DNA of 16,754 nt from a virus (IMGVR_UViG_2939172355_000006:1-16754), one strand, 5' to 3'; positions 7,798-15,298 are shown, numbered from the stretch's first letter. The notes: a model not told the origin generated them from the sequence alone. A program made the numbers and translations.

Positions 7798-8077
7798 TAA
7801 GTAACCTCGTGATGGTTTTCTCGCGCTGTGCTTCACGCTTCGCGGCGTTCTCCAGCTCCTGACGCAGTGCCACCTGCGCCAGCTCGTTTTTGTCTGCCCT
7901 GGTAAGGGCAACATGAAGCTGATTTTTCAGCATGGTGATGGTCGTCTGCTGTTCACTGGCGACGTTGTTCGCCCTGTCCAGCGAGGCGCGCAGGCTGGCA
8001 TTTTTGTGTTTCACCAGAAACAGACCGGCCACCGCCAGTGATAACAACACGACCAGCACAATCATCAGCTTTGACAT
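7652..8077 (-). CDS. lysB: LysB, inner-membrane spanin subunit (Rz-like)
   Basis: 141-aa product MSKLMIVLVVLLSLAVAGLFLVKHKNASLRASLDRANN... with an N-terminal TM helix and a coiled-coil region. P2 LysB-like. Confidence 0.9.
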   Translation of the reverse strand: MSKLMIVLVVLLSLAVAGLFLVKHKNASLRASLDRANNVASEQQTTITMLKNQLHVALTRADKNELAQVALRQELENAAKREAQREKTITRLLNENEDFRRWYGADLPDAVRRLHQRPACADASDCPQRLPESEPLPDAGQ

Positions 8078-8490
8078 GGTTCCCGCCCCTCAAAACGCTG
8101 ACAGCAGGCCGTACGTATCAGCCGGAAGAACACCGATGCCACGAGATAAATCAGCGCGGTAAAAATCCCCCCGGCAGCGACCAGCGAGATAAACGTCGCC
8201 ACCATCACTACCAGAGCCACTGACCGCCTGCGCCACGGCACCGGCTGCAAAAACAGCGCCGTGACAATCTTCACGGCCAGCGATTCCGGCGGCAGCTCCC
8301 GCCCGTAACGTTCCAGTACATACTCAGTGGCATACACGCCGACACCACCGGCAACCACACAGATAACCGTCGCCAGAATCGCCCAGGCGGCGACAAAACT
8401 GACGGCCACGCTCTGCGGGTAAATCAGGGACAGTGCCAGCATCAGCGCCAGCGACACGTTCAGCATCAGTGAAAGGGATAATTTCTTCAT
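8065..8490 (-). CDS. lysA: LysA, membrane protein of the P2 lysis cassette (lysis timing, antiholin-like)
   Basis: 141-aa product MKKLSLSLMLNVSLALMLALSLIYPQSVAVSFVAAWAILATV... with multiple TM helices. P2 LysA-like. Its upstream partners Y (holin) and K (endolysin) are absent. Confidence 0.85.
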   Translation of the reverse strand: MKKLSLSLMLNVSLALMLALSLIYPQSVAVSFVAAWAILATVICVVAGGVGVYATEYVLERYGRELPPESLAVKIVTALFLQPVPWRRRSVALVVMVATFISLVAAGGIFTALIYLVASVFFRLIRTACCQRFEGREPCQS

Positions 8491-9364
8491 GGTGTTTACT
8501 CCGTTTACCGGTCTGGCAAAAAGCCTGCGTGCTGCCGTGCATCACAGCTCACCGATTTACGTCAAACGTAACATTCTGGCCTCAACGTTTATCCCACACC
8601 CGTGGCTTTCTCAGCAGGATTTCAGCCGCTTTGTGCTGGATTTTCTGGTATTCGGTAATGCGTTTCTGGAAAAGCGTTACAGCACCACCGGTAAGGTCAT
8701 CAGACTGGAAACCTCACCGGCAAAATATACCCGCCGTGGCGTGGAGGAGGATGTTTACTGGTGGGTGCCGTCCTTCAACGAGCCGACACCTTTCGCGCCC
8801 GGCTCCGTGTTTCACCTGCTGGAGCCGGATATTAATCAGGAGCTGTACGGTCTGCCGGAATATCTCAGCGCCCTTAACTCTGCCTGGCTGAATGAGTCGG
8901 CCACGCTGTTCCGCCGCAAGTATTACGAAAACGGCGCTCATGCCGGATATATCATGTACGTCACTGATGCCGTGCAGGATCGCAACGATATCGAAATGCT
9001 TCGCGAAAACATGGTGAAGTCGAAAGGCCGCAACAACTTTAAAAACCTGTTTCTCTATGCCCCGCAGGGGAAAGCTGACGGCATTAAAATTATCCCGCTC
9101 AGTGAAGTGGCAACGAAGGACGATTTTTTTAATATCAAAAAAGCCAGCGCCGCTGACCTGCTGGACGCGCACCGCATCCCCTTTCAGTTGATGGGCGGCA
9201 AGCCGGAGAACGTCGGGTCGCTGGGTGATATTGAGAAAGTAGCAAAGGTCTTTGTCCGCAATGAGCTTATCCCGTTACAGGACAGGATCCGCGAGATAAA
9301 CGGCTGGCTCGGTCAGGAGGTCATCCGATTTAAAAACTACTCACTGGACACTGACAACGGCTGA
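8489..9364 (+). pseudogene. Q: Portal gene Q, 5'-truncated (lacks about 55-57 N-terminal codons)
   Basis: From about 8504 the product FTGLAKSLRAAVHHSSPIYVKRNILASTFIPHPWLSQQDF...IRFKNYSLDTDNG matches P2 gpQ from about residue 57 to its C-terminus. The apparent ATG at 8489-8491 is created by the CATG shared with the lysA start. Confidence 0.85.
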
Positions 9365-9369
9365 ACATC

Positions 9370-9391
9370 GCCGCCTGCGGGCGGCTTTTTT
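9370..9391 (+). terminator. Rho-independent terminator downstream of Q
   Basis: GCCGCC (9370-9375) pairs with GGCGGC (9380-9385) around a TGCG loop. TTTTTT follows at 9386-9391. The hairpin starts 6 nt after the Q stop. Confidence 0.85.
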
Positions 9392-9533
9392 ACACCCCGT
9401 CATCACGCCCTCACACGTTCGCCACTGTACAAAACACCCCGCAGACACACCAACGCCCCGGCAGGCCGACTAAACGCCATCACGACGCGCTCAGACGCTG
9501 AAAAAATAAAATCAGCACCACCGCCAGCGCGCA

Positions 9534-9552
9534 GTGCTTTCCCCGCCTCGCC
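9534..9552 (-). other. P2 cos site (19-nt cohesive-end sequence)
   Basis: The reverse complement of 9534-9552 is GGCGAGGCGGGGAAAGCAC, which is the P2 cohesive end as I recall it. It sits at the expected position just beyond Q. Confidence 0.8.
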
Positions 9553-9779
9553 CGCCCGCTTCATGGGTCGGTTTTGATGCAATTCCAAAAGCCGTCCAAA
9601 CTCTCTTAGGCTAAATGTCCAACGAGAAAATAGTTCTTTGAATGTGAATGCATTTTAATGCAGAGTTATGCCCAGCATTTTTGTACACTTCGATGTATCA
9701 AATGCGCTGCAAACGATCAAATATGGATGTTTTATCAAGCATCCCCCAAAAGATATTTACATCATCCCATGAGGTTAAG

Positions 9780-10853
9780 ATGGATAACAAAATCGTAGAA
9801 ATTGAGACAAATAAGCTTGATTTTGACCCTAAAAACCCACGTTTCTTTCGTCTCAATGATGCCAGTAACGCTGCAACAGTCATTGAGGAAATGTTAGATG
9901 ACGAAAGTGTCCACGATCTAATGCTATCAATCGGTCAGCAAGGTTACTTTCCTGGAGAACCTTTATTGGCAGTAAAAAGCAATGGAAACTACATCGTGGT
10001 TGAGGGAAACAGACGCTTAGCTGCTGTAAAGTTGCTCAATGGAGATCTGCTTCCTCCAAAAAGAAAACTTAAAGGTGTGCAAGAAATCATTGATGATACT
10101 ACCAATAAACCTAAGAAGCTTCCCTGCATCATTTATGAAAACCGAGAGGATGTACTGAGATATATCGGTTATCGTCATATAACTGGGGTCAAAGAATGGG
10201 ACTCATTATCTAAAGCCAAATACCTTAAAGAGTTATGTGATACTTTTTATTCACATGAGCCTAAAGAGATAGTATTAAAAAATCTGGCTCGTGAGATTGG
10301 GAGTAAACCACATTATGTTGCAACACTTCTCACTGCACTGAACTTATATGAAGTCGCGCATGACCATGAGTTTTTTAATTTACCCATGAAGGCTTCTGAC
10401 GTGGAATTTTCATATATAACCACAGCTTTGGGATATTCAAAAATCACAAACTGGTTAGGTCTACAGGATAAAAAGGATTTTTTAGACCCAAATTTAAATG
10501 AAGAAAACCTTAAGCGTTTATTCTCTTGGTTTTTTGTGCCTGACCAACAAGGTAGAACCATCATCGGTGAGTCTCGAAGAATAAAAGATATTGCAGCAGT
10601 GGTTGAGAAACCCGAAGCAATTGAAATTCTCATGAAAAGTTCAAACTTGGATGAAGCATATCTATATACCAGCGGAGAAAGAGAAGCATTAGATAAAGCA
10701 CTAAACGCAGCTAGTGTTAAATTAAGAGTAGTTTGGGATATGCTACTTAAAGCTAAAGAATTAACATTAGAGCATGAAGAGGCTGCATCTGAAATTTTTG
10801 AGATGTCAAAAAATATTAGAAATCAGATCAGAAGCAAAAGGGAGGATGATTGA
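9780..10853 (+). CDS. ParB/Srx-like N-terminal domain protein with a central HTH-like region (357 aa); accessory cargo, first gene of a two-gene operon
   Basis: The preferred start is the ATG at 9780, preceded by GAGG (9771-9774). The N-terminus is typical of ParB-like domains (LDFDPKNPRF) and the arginine-patch motif VVEGNRRLAAVKLL has GNRR at 10005-10016. A helix-turn-helix-like segment (LAREIGSKPHYVATLLTAL) follows. The gene is AT-rich. Confidence 0.75.
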   Translation: MDNKIVEIETNKLDFDPKNPRFFRLNDASNAATVIEEMLDDESVHDLMLSIGQQGYFPGEPLLAVKSNGNYIVVEGNRRLAAVKLLNGDLLPPKRKLKGVQEIIDDTTNKPKKLPCIIYENREDVLRYIGYRHITGVKEWDSLSKAKYLKELCDTFYSHEPKEIVLKNLAREIGSKPHYVATLLTALNLYEVAHDHEFFNLPMKASDVEFSYITTALGYSKITNWLGLQDKKDFLDPNLNEENLKRLFSWFFVPDQQGRTIIGESRRIKDIAAVVEKPEAIEILMKSSNLDEAYLYTSGEREALDKALNAASVKLRVVWDMLLKAKELTLEHEEAASEIFEMSKNIRNQIRSKREDD

Positions 10854-10857
10854 GATT

Positions 10858-11883
10858 ATGATTACAAATCTTGATTCAATGCCTTCTAATGAGCCTTATT
10901 TATGGGCTGATTATATTGAGATATTGGCCTTAACTAATATCGACAGGTCATTCAGTCGAGGAGACCTATATAGCACACTGCAAGCTCAACCCGAAGCAGT
11001 ACTAGCTGAAACAGATGAAGCAGAAGAAGAGGGCGTTTATGATGTTGATGATGAAAATGATACGCCTGTACGCAAGAGAACAAAACGAAGTGTTAGTCGA
11101 GCATATACTGACAGAAAGTGGAGCTATGCGATAGGCTTCATACGACAACGCATTGATTTATTTGGGGATAGTTACCCTTTTACTTTATCAGAAGACAACG
11201 ATACTGTAGAGTTACGTGATATATCAGAAAAGCCACTGGAACATTTAGAAAGACTATATTTAGCTTTACTAATCTGTGCTAACATAAAATATGTCAACAT
11301 AATGAGCAGAAGAGAGATAACGCGCAGTTTTGAACTAATTAGTTTACCTATTTTTGAAAGCCTAATGCCTAGCGGTAGCATAATAAAAGCATGCTGGGCT
11401 TCTGGTGGTCAAGCGGCCCCTTACACTGGAACTCTATATAATAAATTTAAGAGTATTGCTTCCGATATCCGTTGCACAGCGAACTTCAAAGAACGAGATT
11501 TCAGTCGAGGAAATAGTGGTGACGGAGGCCTTGACATAATTGCCTGGCATCCAATGGGAGATCAACGAGATGCCATCCCTATTTCTTTTGTTCAGTGTGG
11601 CTGTTCTCAAGAAGAGTGGGAAGCGAAGCAGCTTGAGGCCTCACCTGCGATGCTCTACAGTAAATTCCCCGTAGCTCACCGATGGGCAACTTATTATTTC
11701 TTACCTCAAGATCTACGATGGATAGATGGTGAGTGGGCGCATAAAAATAAGTTAGGCGATGCTATTTTTGTTGATCGCCTAAGATTAATCAATTTAACCA
11801 GAGCATCTGATAATATTGATCACAGTCAAAATATTAGCTATCTAGATATCATCCTTGATCCTTCCAGCGCGATCGCTGCTTAA
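10858..11883 (+). CDS. Hypothetical 341-aa protein with a C-terminal Mrr/PD-(D/E)xK-like nuclease motif; accessory cargo, second gene of the operon
   Basis: The ATG at 10858 lies 5 nt after the upstream TGA (10851-10853), with GGAGG at 10841-10845. An alternative ATG at 10846 overlaps the upstream gene. The motif GNSGDGGLDIIAW-x13-ISFVQCGC (about 11512-11600) resembles the Mrr catalytic core (D-G-G-hD ... hQxK), but Gly replaces the expected Lys. An acidic stretch ETDEAEEEGVYDVDDENDT lies near the N-terminus. Confidence 0.7.
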   Translation: MITNLDSMPSNEPYLWADYIEILALTNIDRSFSRGDLYSTLQAQPEAVLAETDEAEEEGVYDVDDENDTPVRKRTKRSVSRAYTDRKWSYAIGFIRQRIDLFGDSYPFTLSEDNDTVELRDISEKPLEHLERLYLALLICANIKYVNIMSRREITRSFELISLPIFESLMPSGSIIKACWASGGQAAPYTGTLYNKFKSIASDIRCTANFKERDFSRGNSGDGGLDIIAWHPMGDQRDAIPISFVQCGCSQEEWEAKQLEASPAMLYSKFPVAHRWATYYFLPQDLRWIDGEWAHKNKLGDAIFVDRLRLINLTRASDNIDHSQNISYLDIILDPSSAIAA

Positions 11884-12818
11884 TCCCATAAATCTGGAAG
11901 GTTTCTAGCAACCGCCTCAAACAATGGAGGCGGTACTGCATTACCTACCACAGTATATTTCATATTAATAGAAGCCCGTTCAGTTTCTGGGAAAATTAAA
12001 TCCCCAAAACCTTGTAAAATAGCAGCCTCTCGATAGCTAAACCTACGAGCTGGTGCATCCGAAGTAAATTGCCACTTATCAGGTCCCAATTTTTCTAATG
12101 TTGGACTTATTGGATGTAGAGGCATATGTCTAGGATTTGCAACAATTGTTTTAGATATCTGATCCCAATCTTGCCTACGGTTTCGCGATAGATAATACCA
12201 ATGAAAATCGGCGTCATAAAACTCGCCAACAGGCCAAACAGGCATATGCCCAATAGCATCACGAATTGTGGAATATGGTGTCAAACCATCACCATGTGTT
12301 GGTTTTGGAAATTTGTATGTAATACCGTAGTCCTTTCGTATTCCTACGATAAAGATTCGCTTCCTATCTTGGGATACCCCATAATGGGACGCATTCAGAA
12401 TTTGCGAGCTTACTGTATAACCTGCTTCTTCGAAAACTTTGAATTGATCCTTTAATAAATGCTCAAAGTTACGCCTTACCATACCAGAGACATTCTCTAC
12501 AATGAATGCTTTTGGCTTAATTTTACTCAAAGCACGGGCAAACTCTAAATATAGTGTATTAATCTTTCTATCTGCCTTCCTTGCCCCACCTTGACTAAAT
12601 CCTTGGCAAGGATAGCATCCGATGAGCAACTCAGCAGAAGGGAACGACTGGAGCCCTGAGATATCGCCCAAAATGTAGTCAGTTTCAGGATGGTTTTCTA
12701 AGTAAACGTCCCTTGCGTAAGGCAAAATATCATTTGCCATAAGCACATTGAAACCTGCGTTCAAAACTCCCGCATCAGAACCACCACATCCAGAAAAAAG
12801 TGAAACTACAGTTGGCAT
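11880..12818 (-). CDS. DNA (cytosine-5)-methyltransferase
   Basis: 312-aa product with the canonical m5C MTase motifs: I FSGCGG, IV PCQGFS (catalytic Cys71, about 12606-12608), VI ENV, VIII QDRKRIFIVG, IX RRFSYREAAILQGF, X GNAVPPPL. A strong SD (AGGAGG) precedes the ATG at 12818. Its stop overlaps the stop of the convergent 10858-11883 gene. Confidence 0.92.
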   Translation of the reverse strand: MPTVVSLFSGCGGSDAGVLNAGFNVLMANDILPYARDVYLENHPETDYILGDISGLQSFPSAELLIGCYPCQGFSQGGARKADRKINTLYLEFARALSKIKPKAFIVENVSGMVRRNFEHLLKDQFKVFEEAGYTVSSQILNASHYGVSQDRKRIFIVGIRKDYGITYKFPKPTHGDGLTPYSTIRDAIGHMPVWPVGEFYDADFHWYYLSRNRRQDWDQISKTIVANPRHMPLHPISPTLEKLGPDKWQFTSDAPARRFSYREAAILQGFGDLIFPETERASINMKYTVVGNAVPPPLFEAVARNLPDLWD

Positions 12819-13060
12819 TGACCCCTCCTAAAAACCGACCGCGTATTATAGCGAAACACCCCGTTGGGAAAAGCTAGATTTTGCCAAGTCTTGATATTCT
12901 CACGTTTTAGTAGTTGTGGCCATCTTTAACGAGAAAAAGATAAAATTGACTTCTCATTAATTTTCAATAGGTTTAATTGTAAGCTCAAACTAACGCCTCG
13001 CGACACTCGTTATTCAACCCCGCCAGCCCTGAAAACAAGTTTCACGACTGGCGGCGTTCT

Positions 13061-13267
13061 CTATCGTCTGCGTTGTGGTGGCGCAACTCTGGACTGACCG
13101 ATATGGTTAAACCGCCCGTAATTATCCCGGACTATTTCGGCACACCCGACCAGCTCATCGGGCGTCAGATTTTCGTTGACCATAATCCGCTGTAAACGCT
13201 GAACAATAGCCATCAGCTTGATATTTTTAGTTTTATGGTGCGGTATCTCGCCTGGTATTCTGTGCAT
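13061..13267 (-). CDS. Small hypothetical early-region protein (68 aa)
   Basis: The ATG at 13265-13267 overlaps the upstream TAA in a TAATG coupling motif. The GC content matches the phage backbone. I recognise no domain. It is the last backbone ORF before the AT-rich cargo, at the position where orf83/A would follow in P2. Confidence 0.5.
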   Translation of the reverse strand: MHRIPGEIPHHKTKNIKLMAIVQRLQRIMVNENLTPDELVGCAEIVRDNYGRFNHIGQSRVAPPQRRR

Positions 13268-13719
13268 TATCCAAGCCACCCGTTTTGCTGTGCACGCTCC
13301 ATCTGTTCATCTGAATAGTTCCATGCTCCATCCGTGGCAACCATTGCCCCGCCAGACATCCCCGTCTCTGGTTCATACATAACAGCAAGGCCGAGCTGAT
13401 GCATAATTTCATGATTAATTCTGAATACCAGACCACGCTCACTAAGTTCTTTCCAGTTCACAATCTCACATGCGCCTGTATTAAGCCGCTCAATACTTAG
13501 CAAGACATAATCTTCCAGCCAGTCTGACAGGTCAGTAACATCTGTTATCCGGGCTTCAACCTTTCGCCCCGTATACACACCCTGCACCCATTCATGCAAA
13601 ATCAACGTGTCCCCGCGCTCATAATTACGGTCATTTTTCCGAAACTCTGCGCGTTTCTTTCCTTCCAGCACAAGGTCAAAATATTTTGCGTGCAGCTTTA
13701 CCTCGTGAATTTTTGCCAT
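13267..13719 (-). CDS. DUF3850 (ASCH/PUA-like) domain protein with a C-terminal HExxH-containing extension (150 aa)
   Basis: [44 protein letters not shown] matches the DUF3850 signature as I recall it (HELKI.P.YF..v..G.K.fE.RkNDR.f.vGD.l.L.E). HEIMH is encoded at 13413-13399. The ATG at 13717-13719 overlaps the upstream TAA (TAATG). Confidence 0.75.
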   Translation of the reverse strand: MAKIHEVKLHAKYFDLVLEGKKRAEFRKNDRNYERGDTLILHEWVQGVYTGRKVEARITDVTDLSDWLEDYVLLSIERLNTGACEIVNWKELSERGLVFRINHEIMHQLGLAVMYEPETGMSGGAMVATDGAWNYSDEQMERAQQNGWLG

Positions 13720-14252
13720 TATGTCCACTCCATTACTGTTGAGAATCCCGGCCACTCATCAGCGACCGGATACGTGAATTTTTTCCCGTCATAATTTACG
13801 GTCGCTCCACGCGCCAGCGCCTCAAGCTCCCATCGCTGAGGCCTGATACCGTTCTGAGCAAGGTCAACGCGGATACGGGTGATTTGCATTCGTTCCGACC
13901 GGGTCAGTCTGGCCGACGGTGCAATTTCATGTGTTTTTAACGGGCTTCCGTTTCTTTGTTGACGATTTGGTGTTTTCAGGCCGTGTTTTAATGCTCCCCT
14001 GAGCGCCCTCACGACCTCCGGGTCATTCCATTCGATAACACCGTCATCAACCAGATTTAGCACTGCTGCGGCGTGCTCAGAAGGTGTGGGAGCCGGTAAC
14101 GAAGCATCACTACCGGTGAGCTTTGTGATGTGGCGAATCATGGCGTCAAGATGAGAAGAAAAGCGCGTTGCTGCGTCGGCCTGTGCTTCGGTTCTGACCT
14201 GTTGCAGCAGTAATGCGTATTTACCGCACTGATTTTCAGAAACTGTATGCAT
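13719..14252 (-). CDS. Hypothetical early-region protein (177 aa)
   Basis: The ATG at 14250-14252 has GGAG 6 nt upstream. The ORF-track start at 14285 is a TTG. The N-terminal segment ([26 protein letters not shown]) is reminiscent of the small P2 orf80-type proteins. The rest is unrecognised. Confidence 0.65.
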   Translation of the reverse strand: MHTVSENQCGKYALLLQQVRTEAQADAATRFSSHLDAMIRHITKLTGSDASLPAPTPSEHAAAVLNLVDDGVIEWNDPEVVRALRGALKHGLKTPNRQQRNGSPLKTHEIAPSARLTRSERMQITRIRVDLAQNGIRPQRWELEALARGATVNYDGKKFTYPVADEWPGFSTVMEWT

Positions 14253-14315
14253 GACTTTCTCCAGGCAAAAAGAAGCCCCGCACAATTAAGTGCGTTAAAA
14301 ACTCTGGTTAATTAC

Positions 14316-14816
14316 TTAATGCAGATATTGCTCTGGTTTTACCGACGTCAGGATTGTCGGTGCATACTCAAACAGGCTGAATAATTCACGTAATGCACGG
14401 AATAAGGCATCACGCCAGTAACATGATTCTTCATTAATTCGCCAGTATGGCTGGTTGAATTCTTTTTCAGTCAATCCGGCATGCATAAATAAAGTACGGC
14501 GCTGACTGACAGTTAAAAAGCTAATATATGCATACTCACTTGCACCGACCTGACGGCGTTTTGAGAATGCCCCACGCAATTCATCAATTGCACATACCAG
14601 TCGTTCACGTTCGACGTCGTTCATTTCTTCAAAACGCATCGTTGCGTGACGCTGTTTTAACTGTGCATGAAAGCAAACCGTTAGCCGTTCGCGCTCCATC
14701 ATCTGATTATAATAATCACATGTATCCTGCCAGCGAGGGACGGCAAGATGCTTGCCAATTATCCGGCGCATAGCTGCTGGCTGTTTTTCAACGAGATTGA
14801 GCGTCATCACTGTCAT
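14316..14816 (-). CDS. B: P2 gpB, replication protein (DnaB helicase loader)
   Basis: 166-aa product MTVMTLNLVEKQPAAMRRIIGKHLAVPRWQDTCDYYNQMMERERLTVCFH...ILTSVKPEQYLH, as I recall P2 gpB. The ATGA overlap with the upstream small ORF indicates translational coupling. Confidence 0.88.
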   Translation of the reverse strand: MTVMTLNLVEKQPAAMRRIIGKHLAVPRWQDTCDYYNQMMERERLTVCFHAQLKQRHATMRFEEMNDVERERLVCAIDELRGAFSKRRQVGASEYAYISFLTVSQRRTLFMHAGLTEKEFNQPYWRINEESCYWRDALFRALRELFSLFEYAPTILTSVKPEQYLH

Positions 14817-14983
14817 TTCCAGCCCCTCCGGCTTTTCAGAAAGGTCAGAGCCTTTTTTAACGGACTCTGTTTTTTGGTGCGGATAATGATTCCCTTACGC
14901 CCCTTACCGTGGGTGATGGTGAAGTCAATCGCCCTGGGGCTTTCGTTACGCAGTAACTGAGCAATACAACGCGGTTCACTCAT
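14813..14983 (-). CDS. Small early protein in the P2 orf78 position (56 aa)
   Basis: The ATG at 14981-14983 lies 2 nt after the cox stop. The product is MSEPRCIAQLLRNESPRAIDFTITHGKGRKGIIIRTKKQSPLKK... and its stop overlaps the B start (ATGA). Position and size fit orf78. Confidence 0.6.
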   Translation of the reverse strand: MSEPRCIAQLLRNESPRAIDFTITHGKGRKGIIIRTKKQSPLKKALTFLKSRRGWK

Positions 14984-14985
14984 AA

Positions 14986-15258
14986 TCACAACCCCATCCA
15001 CAAAAGCCATGCATCACGCTGTTCAACTGGTCGGTTATAAAACGCCTCTCGTACAGCGCGATTAAACTCTGGAATGAAAACCCACTTCTCACCGACACGA
15101 GCGTTCGGCTTACTTGGATCACGAAGCTCAATAACTGGCAACTTATTCTCTTTTACCATCTTGACTACAGCCGTTTCTGGCTTACCAAGTAACTCTGCAA
15201 ACTTAACCGTATGTACCGCATCAATCGGGTACTGAATCACATAGTCATTGACTTCCAT
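14986..15258 (-). CDS. cox: Cox-like protein (Pc repressor, excisionase and directionality factor)
   Basis: 90 aa and first gene of the early operon. The pattern ...KFAELLGKPETAVVKMVKENKLPVIELRDPSKPNARVGEKWVFIPEFN...RDAWLLWMGL parallels P2 Cox (..GKLPVIDM.DP.....RAGEYWVYLPAWN....RDGWLMWLGL). Confidence 0.85.
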   Translation of the reverse strand: MEVNDYVIQYPIDAVHTVKFAELLGKPETAVVKMVKENKLPVIELRDPSKPNARVGEKWVFIPEFNRAVREAFYNRPVEQRDAWLLWMGL

Positions 15259-15298
15259 TGATTAGCCCTTTTTGCTTTCGTGTTACCCTTATTAGATC

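Noticed and set aside
7435-8223. Plus-strand ORFs 7435-7632, 7593-7862, 7932-8162 and 8038-8223, and the long version (7507-7914) of the lysC frame
   Set aside because: The plus-strand ORFs are antisense to R, lysB, lysC and lysA. For lysC, only the part from the internal ATG at 7797 with the lipobox is credible. The upstream 39 codons are an out-of-frame lysB overlap.
8324-9172. ORFs 8324-8545 (-), 8433-8891 (+) and 8714-9172 (-)
   Set aside because: They overlap lysA or the Q fragment in alternative frames, give Cys/Arg-rich nonsense-like translations, and span the deletion junction by chance.
9403-9588. 61-aa minus-strand ORF between the Q terminator and the cargo
   Set aside because: It runs straight through the cos cohesive-end sequence and the GC-rich cos flank. 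There is no RBS and the product is Ala/Gly/Arg-rich. It is almost certainly non-coding packaging-site DNA.
9648-9779. Upstream 44-codon extension of the ParB-like ORF (MHFNAELCPAFLYTSMYQMRCKRSNMDV...)
   Set aside because: No SD precedes 9648 or the intermediate Met codons. The ATG at 9780 has GAGG at the proper spacing, and the ParB-like domain begins right there.
9698-12455. Antisense ORFs inside the cargo genes (9698-9883, 10313-10633, 11172-11381, 12201-12455)
   Set aside because: Each is fully nested opposite a longer ORF with recognisable motifs. AT-rich DNA yields such Ile/Lys/Phe/Ser-rich frames by chance.
12819-13060. Search for a small controller (C-protein) gene or other mini-ORF between the MTase and the phage backbone
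   Set aside because: Only 7- and 16-codon ORFs without an RBS were found by eye. A perfect TATAAT (minus strand, 12850-12845) lacks a convincing -35, so I did not call a promoter feature.
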